64,000 bases of DNA, taken from assembly GCA_964369635.1 (NCBI GenBank), contig CAYJGN010000001.1, positions 8,847 to 72,846 of the forward strand, in the 5' to 3' direction. Origin of the DNA: an uncultured Oscillospiraceae bacterium (GTDB taxonomy: Bacteria > Bacillota > Clostridia > Oscillospirales > Ruminococcaceae). The notes beneath the pieces were generated by a model. The model searched no databases. It was not told where the DNA came from and saw only the letters and a list, made by a program, of their open reading frames with translations. Made by a program: the position numbers and the translations under genes. Of the stretch, positions 29,008 through 38,577 are shown one piece after another (the first letter of the stretch is position 1; every line of letters begins with the position of its first letter).

Positions 29008-29646
29008 TCATAGTCTTCGCGCAATTTCTGCTTTAACAAATGCGAAGTCGCTATTTGAAAGAATAGGGATTAAATCGTTGATTTCAGCTATTGGTTTTTC
29101 CCACCATTTAAATTTCTGCATTAGCTCAATTAACTCGTCATCAAAGCGCTTTCTTATAAGCTTTGCAGGGTTTCCTGCTACAATCGTATAAGGCATTACA
29201 TCACTCGCTAAAACGCTATTTGCACCTATAATCGCTCCATTGCCAATATTAACACCAGGCAAGATAGTTGTATTCTGACCGATCCAAACATCGTTTCCGA
29301 TAACAGTATCACCTTTAAATGGGAGCTCTGACATCGGCGGAACATCTTGTTCCCAACCCTCAAATATATAGAATGGAAAAGTTGAAACTGCGTTCATTTG
29401 ATGATTAGCACCATTCATTATAAAAGTGACGCTTGAAGCTATCTGACAAAAACTACCTATAATAAGCTTATCACCATAAAAATCATAATGGTGAGTAACA
29501 TGGTTTTCAAAATCTTTATCTGAAAAATATGTAAAATCACCTACAATGATATTTGGATTTGTTATAGTTGGTTTTACATAAGTTACCGTATCAATTCCAT
29601 TTACAGGGTAAATGCTGTTAGGATTTGGAATTTTACCATCTTTCAT
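29008..29646 (-). CDS. vat: Vat-family streptogramin A / xenobiotic O-acetyltransferase
   Basis: 212 aa. The N-terminus PNPNSIYPVNG...VTYVKP, then hexapeptide repeats (GNDVWIGQNTTILPGVNIGNGAIIGANSV) and a C-terminal KWWEKPI. I recognise this pattern from VatD-like enzymes. Confidence 0.75.
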   Translation of the reverse strand: MKDGKIPNPNSIYPVNGIDTVTYVKPTITNPNIIVGDFTYFSDKDFENHVTHHYDFYGDKLIIGSFCQIASSVTFIMNGANHQMNAVSTFPFYIFEGWEQDVPPMSELPFKGDTVIGNDVWIGQNTTILPGVNIGNGAIIGANSVLASDVMPYTIVAGNPAKLIRKRFDDELIELMQKFKWWEKPIAEINDLIPILSNSDFAFVKAEIARRL

Positions 29647-29788
29647 TTAAACTCCTCCATTTCTATTGTATAAGCAGTATTTAGCATAATTATACCTCAA
29701 TAAAAATATGAATACAAGGAAAATAACTATTAAATAATAGCTATGTAACTATAAGTTTTTATTTTTTTAACAGTAGCCTTTATCTCTC

Positions 29789-29840
29789 AAAAAAAAAGAC
29801 GGATAATCAAATAACTGAAGTTTTGATAATATCCGTCTTT
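29789..29840 (-). terminator. terminator after the DUF2628-like gene
   Basis: AGACGGATA / TATCCGTCT stem with extended pairing, and a run of 9 T in the minus sense. Confidence 0.6.
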
Positions 29841-29912
29841 ATTATTTAGTTTGCTATCGCAGTGATTATATCAAGTCAAAAGATATGCTATTTTCATCTG
29901 AAATAAGTCTAC

Positions 29913-30353
29913 TTACTGTGAAAATGCATTAATCATCATATTATTCATAATCGACATAACTGCAATATATGCAAGATATCCTATAACTATTGAAAAAATT
30001 GAAGTTCCACCTTTTGCTGTTAAATATCTGATTTTATCATCAGGGTGCATATTTTTCGACTTATCAGCATAGGATTTCACCTGTTTTCTATAAAAATAAT
30101 TACCAAAAAATCCAGTAATAAAACACACTCCAACCGATGAAACAACCGAAGCAATAGTTCCAAAAAAACCAAAGAAAAAAGTTATAAAAAACATACTAAT
30201 CGCGAAAACATTCTGCTTGCGATATAAAAGCCAAGGTGTTGAAAAGATAAATGCCATAACATTAAATGAAATCATCTTCTTATCACCTAATAATTCAAAC
30301 TTTTTCTCATAGTATTCTTTATAGTTGTTTCCAACCAGTAAATGTTCTTCCAT
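29913..30353 (-). CDS. small membrane protein (DUF2628-like)
   Basis: 146 aa with three or four TM segments and a FSTPWLLYRKQ motif. The family assignment is tentative. Confidence 0.45.
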   Translation of the reverse strand: MEEHLLVGNNYKEYYEKKFELLGDKKMISFNVMAFIFSTPWLLYRKQNVFAISMFFITFFFGFFGTIASVVSSVGVCFITGFFGNYFYRKQVKSYADKSKNMHPDDKIRYLTAKGGTSIFSIVIGYLAYIAVMSIMNNMMINAFSQ

Positions 30354-30410
30354 AAAACCACTCCTATCCTCACATATAATAACAGAAGCATGCTAATAAA
30401 TCAATAAAAT

Positions 30411-30576
30411 AATATAAAATAATCTTCACTTCGTTTGATTATTTATAACTTTATCTTATGCCTTGTCCTCGCCACTTGCATGGCATGCGGACAAATGGCT
30501 AATTTATATTATATTTCTTCTAAATATAATATAAATAATCTTCACTTCGTTTGATTATTTATAACTTTATCTTATG
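30411..30576. repeat. two 49/50-bp direct repeats 117 bp apart, with GC-rich inverted 14-mers
   Basis: AATATAAA(A)TAATCTTCACTTCGTTTGATTATTTATAACTTTATCTTATG occurs at 30411-30460 and 30528-30576. GCCTTGTCCTCGCC (30459-30472) and GGCGTAGGACAAGG (30576-30589) are inverted complements. Confidence 0.8.
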
Positions 30577-30725
30577 GCGTAGGACAAGGATGCCCTACAT
30601 ACCTAATTTATATCAGAATTTTCAAAACAAAACACAAAAGCAACCTGTAAACCTTTTATACTTTATAGCAAAGTAGCAGTCAATCTTTATGATTAACTGC
30701 TACTTAACACTGTTTTACTATTAAA

Positions 30726-31523
30726 TTAACCTATGCTCTTTAAATTTTTCATATATTCTTTTACGATATTTGCATCGATCTGCGCACCGCGCACTCCGCC
30801 CTCAAAGCAAGAACCAACGAGTGCAGCATCTGCATACTTCATCCTTGAAGCAACATTCTCGACATTAGTGCCACCACCGAGTACCACAGGCATATCGGGA
30901 CGAAACTCTTTTATATCGCAAACCATTCTGTTGTTAATCTCTTCATCAGGATGGAAAACTTCAACTGCCTCAGCGCCAACCATAGAAGCCTGCGCTACAA
31001 GCGAGAGGAGTTTCTTCTTATCATATTCACCAAGGAAATGATATCCTGAAATTTCAGCTATCATATCAACGTTTTGAGCACCTATTTTGTTTCTATATTC
31101 AAAAACCTTTATAGGATTTGCTTCTATTGTTCCAAAAGCAGATTCGGTTTTTCCAATAAGCGCTGTGCACCTTGTGAAATCAGCCCCAACAGCTTTACAG
31201 GCAGCAAGTGATGGAGTTATGCAGTTCCACATAAGTTGAACACCGATTTTAAAATCAGGGCCCACTGCCCTCTTCACTTCGTTCGCTATAACAGAAATAG
31301 TCGAAACCCTTGCATAGTCGGTATCATCAGTTGACGGATAAACTCTATCGACCGACTGAACTAAGGCACCATGCGCCCCACCCTCAACAAGCAGTTTCGC
31401 CGCTGTTACCGCTTTTTCAATACTTCTCTCGATATCACCATCTTGATAATAAGCAGTACCTGGAAGCGGTTTTAGATGAATAAGTCCAAATATGAGCTTG
31501 TTGCCTAAATTTTCTTTAAACAT
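30726..31523 (-). CDS. BtpA/SgcQ family TIM-barrel protein
   Basis: GLIHLKPLPGTAYY N-terminal motif typical of the BtpA family. 265 aa. Confidence 0.7.
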   Translation of the reverse strand: MFKENLGNKLIFGLIHLKPLPGTAYYQDGDIERSIEKAVTAAKLLVEGGAHGALVQSVDRVYPSTDDTDYARVSTISVIANEVKRAVGPDFKIGVQLMWNCITPSLAACKAVGADFTRCTALIGKTESAFGTIEANPIKVFEYRNKIGAQNVDMIAEISGYHFLGEYDKKKLLSLVAQASMVGAEAVEVFHPDEEINNRMVCDIKEFRPDMPVVLGGGTNVENVASRMKYADAALVGSCFEGGVRGAQIDANIVKEYMKNLKSIG

Positions 31524-31532
31524 TTGTATCTC

Positions 31533-32480
31533 CTATTTATTCTTAAACTCTTCGTATAGCTCATTTGCCTGATTATAAGCAAAATCACGAACAGCCATAA
31601 AGTCAGGAATTATTCCATACTGTCTGATATTCTGAGCAGACGCAACATTCGCCATTATACCAACCATAAGAGCGTCGTAGCCTTCTGCATATGCATATAG
31701 AGCAGAACCAGTTGAGGTATTTCCACAACCTGTTGGGTCTATCTCTTTATCAACAGGAGCTGATGGCAAGAAATAAACTTCGGTCGGTGTTACCGAATAA
31801 AGACCTTTTTTACCAACTCTAAAAAGGGTTAAATCAACAGGGCATTTCTGAAGCTCTTTTATAACCTCTTCTTCAGTTTCAACTTCAAAAAGATTTCTTG
31901 CTTCTTGAATGTTTATCGAGAAGATATCAGTAGACTCCATTGCATTGAGAACAGCAGGCATAAACTCTTTATATGAGCTTGGCCCCTCTATCTCCCACAT
32001 GAGCTTAAATCCATCGCGAGCTTTTATCTCTTTCATCTTGCGCCAGTATACATAATCAACATTTTGCGCTATATAAACACCTTTAGTGCCGCCACCTTTG
32101 GTAAATTCTCCGATATCATCAGGTGATGATTTCATATGACCAAAATCCTGCATCCAATCTGAACGGAAATGCTTTGCTTCAGGGTCTGGACCATATGTAC
32201 CATCTTCTCTGTACAAAAGAAATGAATGGTTACAATGATCACAACGCACTTTAATAGCCCTTGTATCTATGTTATTTTTTTCAACCCATGGGTCGAATAG
32301 TGGGTGATAATCCTCACCAACATAACTGCACTGAATAACATTATCCGTCCATAATTTAACACCGCTATATGCAAATGTTGCAGGGCCACCGATATGCTCA
32401 CGTGCGCTTGTTGTACCATCTGCAAAACGAACGGTATCGAGCATAACATTTCCAGCTATTACATAATCCATAATTAACAC
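31533..32480 (-). CDS. PfkB-family carbohydrate/nucleoside kinase
   Basis: C-terminal DPTGCGNTSTGSALYA (PfkB signature 2-like), with a ribokinase-like length and layout. Confidence 0.7.
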   Translation of the reverse strand: MLIMDYVIAGNVMLDTVRFADGTTSAREHIGGPATFAYSGVKLWTDNVIQCSYVGEDYHPLFDPWVEKNNIDTRAIKVRCDHCNHSFLLYREDGTYGPDPEAKHFRSDWMQDFGHMKSSPDDIGEFTKGGGTKGVYIAQNVDYVYWRKMKEIKARDGFKLMWEIEGPSSYKEFMPAVLNAMESTDIFSINIQEARNLFEVETEEEVIKELQKCPVDLTLFRVGKKGLYSVTPTEVYFLPSAPVDKEIDPTGCGNTSTGSALYAYAEGYDALMVGIMANVASAQNIRQYGIIPDFMAVRDFAYNQANELYEEFKNK

Positions 32481-32483
32481 CTC

Positions 32484-33515
32484 TTAATCTTTATTTAATT
32501 TAGAAAACATCTCACCGAACATATGATCTCGGAAAAGATAGTTACAAACTCTTATAGGATGTCTTGATTCATCTGTTGAATCCCAATCGCAATTTTCTTT
32601 TAAAATTGGTGATGGTTCAAGTTTGGTAACACACCATGTTGGGTTTTTCAGAAATCCGACAACTGATATATCCCAGATAATCCTCGACCATGCAACAAAA
32701 TTCGTCTCAAACTTATCATACTCTTCACTTGGGTAATCTCCCTGGCCTTTTAGATAGCCTTTACTGAAAAAAGCAAGTGAAGCTCTCGCATATTCAATAT
32801 TTTTAAACTCATTGACAACAATATCTGTTAAATAGCTTCCAACTTTGCTTTTACCCTTAAGGTTTGCGCAAAGCTCTTCTGCAGATATTGATAGAAGCGA
32901 GGCTACCTGCATGCATGGTATATATACAAGCGGTACTTTTGAGTCGAATAAAACTTGCGCTGAGTAAACATCTTGCATAAGGTTAAATTCGGTTGCATGA
33001 GAATAGGTTGTTGGTTGTCCACCAAGCCAAACTATTACAATCTTACTTATAATAGAAGGATCTTTTATCAAAGCAGACGCAAGGTTTGTTGCCGCACCAA
33101 GAGCAATAACATATAGCACCTCATCGCTCTGATGAGCTCTTTTTATAAGATCCTCACAAGCATCACTTGGGACAGGTATTTTCTCAGCTGTCATGAAACT
33201 CTCAGATCCGCGATAAACATTGCTCGTATCCGAAATACCAAGTAAGTTATAGAGATTTATAATCTCATCATAACTTCTTTCCATGCCATTTTTAGCAGAC
33301 TCGCCTTCTTCCATAACTCCAATTGCTCTTCTATCATAGGGAGCTGCATAAACAGCCTCGACATCAAAACGCTCGGTATCACGAAGTGCCCATGCAATTG
33401 CAAATTGATCATCAACCTCGTTATAAGCATCGGTATCAATAACAACTCGCAGTTTACCAGTAGGAATAATTAGTCTTTCTTCGATAAATTTACCCTCTAT
33501 ATCTTTTGAAAACAT
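32484..33515 (-). CDS. nucleoside hydrolase (IUNH family)
   Basis: VVIDTDAYNEVDDQFAIAWAL is the DxDxxxDD calcium/ribose-binding fingerprint. Confidence 0.8.
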   Translation of the reverse strand: MFSKDIEGKFIEERLIIPTGKLRVVIDTDAYNEVDDQFAIAWALRDTERFDVEAVYAAPYDRRAIGVMEEGESAKNGMERSYDEIINLYNLLGISDTSNVYRGSESFMTAEKIPVPSDACEDLIKRAHQSDEVLYVIALGAATNLASALIKDPSIISKIVIVWLGGQPTTYSHATEFNLMQDVYSAQVLFDSKVPLVYIPCMQVASLLSISAEELCANLKGKSKVGSYLTDIVVNEFKNIEYARASLAFFSKGYLKGQGDYPSEEYDKFETNFVAWSRIIWDISVVGFLKNPTWCVTKLEPSPILKENCDWDSTDESRHPIRVCNYLFRDHMFGEMFSKLNKD

Positions 33516-33696
33516 TTTTCCTCCTAAATTAATAGGGAATACCTTTTAGAAAATGTCTCAGAATGAATAAAGTAATTTATTCAATTGATTCAGATGGAGA
33601 CAAAAGAAATTTAATCTTAAGTATCATTCTGAACGGTTGATTAAAATCAACAACTGAGGTTATTCCTATTGGTATTCCCTAAAATAATGTTAAAAT

Positions 33697-34692
33697 TTAA
33701 GCGATTGCACTTTCAGCAGCTGCAGCTTCTTCTTCTTGTAGTTTGAGAAGAAGTTTTCTGTTGTTAAGCTCGCGCTGTTTCTGGCTCCTCAAACGAACGT
33801 ATGAAAGAACAAGAATTAGAACAACTGTTAGAGCTGAAGGTAGAGCACCAAGGAACTGCGAATCGGTAATAAATACCCTCGCGTTATTGGTGATAGCCTC
33901 AGCAAGACCGAGGACAAGTGAAACGAGTGCTGCGAATACTGGATTTGCATTCGCTATAGTTGAAGCACTAAGACCGATGAATCCACGACCTGCAGTTATG
34001 TTGTTTATGAAGAATCCTTGGTAACCCATTGATAGGAACATACCACCGAGTGAAACTATAGCCGCAGCTAAAGAGAATGCGATAGTATATATCTTACGAG
34101 GGTTAATACCAACTGACTCAGCAGCAGATGGGTTCTGTCCAACCGCTCTCATACGAAGACCAAGTTTTGTTCTAAATAGTAAGAACCAAACAACAAATGT
34201 CATTATGATAGCAAGATAGGTAAATCCATTATGTCCTGATAGGAAATCTCCAAGGAACGGAATGCTCTCAAGGATTGGAATATGAACATCAGGCATCGAA
34301 AGACTTGCAAATCCAGCAGCGGTATTCGACTTAACGCCCGTCGTGAGGAACATGACGTAAATGGTACCTCCCAGAAGCGCCCAGTTCATCGCTATAGACA
34401 TAAGGTATAGGTCAACTTTCATAACGAATGTTGCAAAACAGATAAATAGAGCAACAAGAACCGAACAAGCCATACCACCAAGAATACCTATTAGAAGATT
34501 TTGTGTTGTAGCACTTACTATAACGCCTGCTAGTGATGATGAAAGCATCATAGCCTCAGCAGCCATATTTGTTAGACCTGATTGCTGGCTAACCGCCGCA
34601 CAGAGCGCAACGTAAATGAGTGGAGTAGAAATTCTGATAATTGAAAACAAGAATGTGGCAATCCATTCTAATGAAAAATAATCTACAGTCAT
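33697..34692 (-). CDS. ABC transporter permease (BMP/nucleoside-type)
   Basis: 331 aa, polytopic. Operon position after the first permease. Confidence 0.8.
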   Translation of the reverse strand: MTVDYFSLEWIATFLFSIIRISTPLIYVALCAAVSQQSGLTNMAAEAMMLSSSLAGVIVSATTQNLLIGILGGMACSVLVALFICFATFVMKVDLYLMSIAMNWALLGGTIYVMFLTTGVKSNTAAGFASLSMPDVHIPILESIPFLGDFLSGHNGFTYLAIIMTFVVWFLLFRTKLGLRMRAVGQNPSAAESVGINPRKIYTIAFSLAAAIVSLGGMFLSMGYQGFFINNITAGRGFIGLSASTIANANPVFAALVSLVLGLAEAITNNARVFITDSQFLGALPSALTVVLILVLSYVRLRSQKQRELNNRKLLLKLQEEEAAAAESAIA

Positions 34693-35795
34693 TATGCAGT
34701 CGCCTCCTTAAGTTTATCTTCTTCTTGTTGTTTTCTCGACATATTGAATATCATTTTATTCCTTGTCTTGCTAAGGAAGCTTTGAGCGGCAACAAAGAAT
34801 ATTAGAACCGCCTGCATCATATTAACAAACTCGATAGGAATACCTGAAACAACGTTTAGAACAACCGCCGCACCACGGATATAAGCAAGTACGAATGCAG
34901 CAAGTGGAACGAACATCGGCTGTTTTCTTGCAAGAACGGCTATGATAAGTCCGTCCATACCGATATTTGTAAGTAGTACATACTGGTATCTGTCATAAGT
35001 ACCAAATACATCAACAGCACCTGCAACACCTGCAAACATACCACCGATTATCTGTCCAAGGTACATCATTATACCAATGTTGATACCTGAATATAGAGCA
35101 AATTTTGGGTTTGCACCACAAAGTTTAATCTTTGCTCCAACTTTCATTCTGTTAAAGATTATAACAGCTATTATAAATCCGATTATAGAAACGAAAATAC
35201 CAGCTGTGAAGTTTGAGCCATTCCAGTATCTTAGGAATCTCATATTATCAGGGTGGATTGGAGTTGCAACATAAGTTATGTTTCTATCAAGCATAAATAC
35301 TTTAACAAGCCACTGACCAAGGAATAGAAGCATTGTATTCATGATGATTGAAAGAACCATCTCATTAACACCAAGTTTCTCACGCGCCCATGCAGGTACG
35401 AAAGATACAACAGCACCAACGATAGCACATATTCCGCAGATTATGATAAGGTTTATAACTGTTGGTAGATCTGTTAATAAATCAGTGCTATGAACAACTA
35501 AACAAGCTATAGCAGGAGCAAAGTTTACGATACCCTCACCTGATAGGTTGAAACGTCCACAAGCATAGATAAAGCACATTCCACAACCACTTAGAATATA
35601 AGGAATATACTTAGCCATTACCTGGCCAAAACGACGAGTTGTTGTAAACGGACCAATCGCAAATTCATAAACTGAATTTAACGGATCTTCTGCAACTATG
35701 GCAATACACAATAGTGTGAAACCAAAAGCAATTATAAGACCTAAAATAACTCTTAAAAGTTCAAATGTAAGTTCAATTCTAGCTACTTTTCTCAA
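34692..35795 (-). CDS. ABC transporter permease (BMP/nucleoside-type)
   Basis: 367 aa, polytopic. Overlaps both the ATPase stop and the start of the next permease. Confidence 0.8.
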   Translation of the reverse strand: MRKVARIELTFELLRVILGLIIAFGFTLLCIAIVAEDPLNSVYEFAIGPFTTTRRFGQVMAKYIPYILSGCGMCFIYACGRFNLSGEGIVNFAPAIACLVVHSTDLLTDLPTVINLIIICGICAIVGAVVSFVPAWAREKLGVNEMVLSIIMNTMLLFLGQWLVKVFMLDRNITYVATPIHPDNMRFLRYWNGSNFTAGIFVSIIGFIIAVIIFNRMKVGAKIKLCGANPKFALYSGINIGIMMYLGQIIGGMFAGVAGAVDVFGTYDRYQYVLLTNIGMDGLIIAVLARKQPMFVPLAAFVLAYIRGAAVVLNVVSGIPIEFVNMMQAVLIFFVAAQSFLSKTRNKMIFNMSRKQQEEDKLKEATA

Positions 35796-37342
35796 AATAG
35801 ATCCCCCATTTCCTCTGAAGTCATTGAGTTAACACCCAACATATATTCACCGAGCTGAACATCGGTTATAGCTTTGGGGTCATTAATCTGAGCAGCTACT
35901 TTGCCTTTTCTCATAACAAGCAGTCTGTCTGAAACCTCAAGGATCTCATTTAAGTCTGATGATATGAGCAGAACACCCATATTGTTCTCTCTTGTATATT
36001 TAACAAGAAGCTTACGAATAAGCTCAGCTGTACCAACATCGATACCACGAGTTGGTTGGTTTGCAACTATAAGGTTTGCACCGCTTAAAAACTCACGAGC
36101 AACGATACACTTCTGAATATTACCACCAGATAGAAGTCTTATTGCGTCGTTTTTGTTATCACAACTGATTTCAAACTCTTCAATACATCTGTCAACAAAC
36201 TCAGAAACTTTCTTTTTATCTATGAATGGACCTTTTGTAAACTCAGGGTTATCAAGATAAATAGACTGAATATTCTCAAGAACTGAAAGGTTCGCTGCAC
36301 AACCGTAAGTCATACGGTCCTCAGAGATATGAGCAATTCCAGCTTCTCTTATTTTTCTTATTGGAATATTAGTTATATTTTTACCATTAAGAGTAACGGT
36401 ACCTGAAGTTGATTTCATAAGACCTGTTAGAATCTCTGAAAGCTCATTCTGACCATTTCCCTCAACTCCCGCGATTCCAACAACCTCACCGGCACGAATA
36501 CCGAATGATAGATCGTTTACAAGGCGCTTACCTATATCATCAATATAGTTAAGATCGCGAACCTCAATTATTGTTTCTTTTGGCTGTGCAGGCTCTTTCT
36601 CTATCGCAAGGATAACCTCACGACCAACCATCATTTTTGATATCTTCTCTTCATCAAGATCTTTGATATCTCCGGCACCGGTAACTTTACCGTGACGAAG
36701 TATGGTACATCTATCGCAAAGCTCTATAACCTCTTCGAGTTTATGAGAGATAAATACGATACCGTATCCTTGGCTTCTTAGATGCTTTAGCTGAACAAAA
36801 AGCTCTTTAGTCTCCTGCGGTGTTAAAACGGCAGTAGGCTCATCAAGAATAAGGATTTTAATACCCTTTATAAGTGCTTTTAAAAGCTCAACTTTTTGTT
36901 TTGTTCCAACGCCGATATCACGAATTAGAGCATTCGGATCAACATCGAGCTGGAATTTTTCAGCTGCTTCCTGTGTCATTCTAATTGCTTCTGCTTTGTC
37001 GAAGAGAGGTCCTTTTCCTGGCTCAATACCAAGAACTAAATTCTCTGCAACTGAAAGGTTTGGCACCTGCATAAAGTGCTGATGAACCATTCCTACGCCT
37101 TTAGCAATAGCGTCAAGTGGGTTTATGATTTTTGTTTGCTCTCCGTTTATGTAGATTGCACCTTCTTGGCAATCTTCAAGGCCGAAAAGAATTTTCATAA
37201 GTGTGGTTTTGCCGGCGCCGTTCTCTCCGAGAAGAGCGTGGATCTCACCTTCGTTTACCGCAAAAGTGACATCTTTGTTCGCCATAAAACCGTTGGTATA
37301 AATTTTGGTTATACCCTCCATTTTGAAGATTTCTTTACTCAT
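35792..37342 (-). CDS. ABC transporter ATP-binding protein (duplicated ATPase)
   Basis: Walker A GENGAGKTT, LSGGNIQK-type signatures, and two NBDs in 516 aa, as in sugar and nucleoside importers. Confidence 0.9.
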   Translation of the reverse strand: MSKEIFKMEGITKIYTNGFMANKDVTFAVNEGEIHALLGENGAGKTTLMKILFGLEDCQEGAIYINGEQTKIINPLDAIAKGVGMVHQHFMQVPNLSVAENLVLGIEPGKGPLFDKAEAIRMTQEAAEKFQLDVDPNALIRDIGVGTKQKVELLKALIKGIKILILDEPTAVLTPQETKELFVQLKHLRSQGYGIVFISHKLEEVIELCDRCTILRHGKVTGAGDIKDLDEEKISKMMVGREVILAIEKEPAQPKETIIEVRDLNYIDDIGKRLVNDLSFGIRAGEVVGIAGVEGNGQNELSEILTGLMKSTSGTVTLNGKNITNIPIRKIREAGIAHISEDRMTYGCAANLSVLENIQSIYLDNPEFTKGPFIDKKKVSEFVDRCIEEFEISCDNKNDAIRLLSGGNIQKCIVAREFLSGANLIVANQPTRGIDVGTAELIRKLLVKYTRENNMGVLLISSDLNEILEVSDRLLVMRKGKVAAQINDPKAITDVQLGEYMLGVNSMTSEEMGDLF

Positions 37343-37372
37343 AGTTTTACCACCTTAAAAGATGTTATAAAT

Positions 37373-37398
37373 CTGTCAGAGATGTTACTCTCTGACAG
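37373..37398 (-). promoter_or_regulatory. intercistronic hairpin between the binding-protein gene and the ATPase gene
   Basis: CTGTCAGAG / CTCTGACAG 9-bp stem with a weak U-tail. This is the typical position for an attenuator or stabiliser that sets the excess of binding protein. Confidence 0.45.
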
Positions 37399-37413
37399 TA
37401 TTTATTTTTGTTT

Positions 37414-38577
37414 TTACCGTGCTTCTGGGTCGTCTCTATATGTGTTAAATTCATCGTAATCAGCATAACTAAAGTATCCTTTAATCTCTATCTCACCCGA
37501 TTTAACCATATCTATAACATTATCCATCTCTGCCTGAACATCTTCAGGAGTGTGTGCATAATAGTTATCATTCATAGCAAGTCCAACACCGCCATTTTCA
37601 ATGCCGACATTGTGGTTTCCCCAGTCTATAGAACCATCTGATATGCTATCATAAGCCCAGATTATAGACTCTCTTGCATTTTTTAGCATTGAAGTTAGTA
37701 TGTGTTCATATCCATCAACAACAGTACCCTCTTCTTTAACAGTATCATAGAATGTATATTGATCCATATCAACGCCGATTACATATAGGTCATCACCCTC
37801 TTCGCCTTTATCAACTATTGCATTGCAAGCAGCAAGCGTTGCACTGCCATAGATATTATAAAGGATATCGTAACCATTGTTGTAGAATACTGTAGCGCCT
37901 TCGTAAACTGCTGTTATAGTTGCTTCACCATAATAGGTTGCAACATATTCAACATTTGCATCGTAATTGTCATTGTACCATTTAACACCTTGAATATAGC
38001 CTGCGAGGAAATCGTTGATTATTGGGTTATCTCCCCAGCCGACTCCTGCGACTTTATTTGTCTGAGTCATCATGGCAGAATAGACACCTGTAAGGAATGA
38101 ACCCTCATCCTGTCTAAAGCTCAAACCAACAACATTATCATAAGCCGATAGGTCGAGGTCAGGATTTGTGTCATAAATTATAAAGTTTACATCTTTAAAA
38201 TCCCCATCAAACTTTTCCATTAAACTATCAAGAATATACCAACTTGAAGTTACAACCCAGTCGTAGCCGCCTGACTCAATAGCTTCAAACAATGTGGTAA
38301 CATGAATTGAGCTGTCTGGACCTGCCTCAACAACAGTTAAATCCATATTCCCAGTTTCTGCAATATATTTTGCACCCTCATGTCCGAGATCGTTAAATCC
38401 CATATCTCCAAGATTTGAGCAGAAGAAAAGCAGTTTTTCTTGTTCTGCAGCTTCACTGCTACTGCTTGAAGATGAATCATCAGCGTCACTTGAAGATGTT
38501 GATGAGTCTTCGCCACCACAAGCTACAAGTGTTAATGCAAGTATTAAGGTTAATATTAAAGATAATACTCTTTTCAT
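37414..38577 (-). CDS. BMP-family ABC substrate-binding lipoprotein, paralog 1
   Basis: Lipobox LTLVAC, a Ser/Asp-rich linker, then a BMP (PnrA/Med-like) fold. Clearly related to paralogs 2 and 3 but much more diverged. Confidence 0.85.
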   Translation of the reverse strand: MKRVLSLILTLILALTLVACGGEDSSTSSSDADDSSSSSSSEAAEQEKLLFFCSNLGDMGFNDLGHEGAKYIAETGNMDLTVVEAGPDSSIHVTTLFEAIESGGYDWVVTSSWYILDSLMEKFDGDFKDVNFIIYDTNPDLDLSAYDNVVGLSFRQDEGSFLTGVYSAMMTQTNKVAGVGWGDNPIINDFLAGYIQGVKWYNDNYDANVEYVATYYGEATITAVYEGATVFYNNGYDILYNIYGSATLAACNAIVDKGEEGDDLYVIGVDMDQYTFYDTVKEEGTVVDGYEHILTSMLKNARESIIWAYDSISDGSIDWGNHNVGIENGGVGLAMNDNYYAHTPEDVQAEMDNVIDMVKSGEIEIKGYFSYADYDEFNTYRDDPEAR

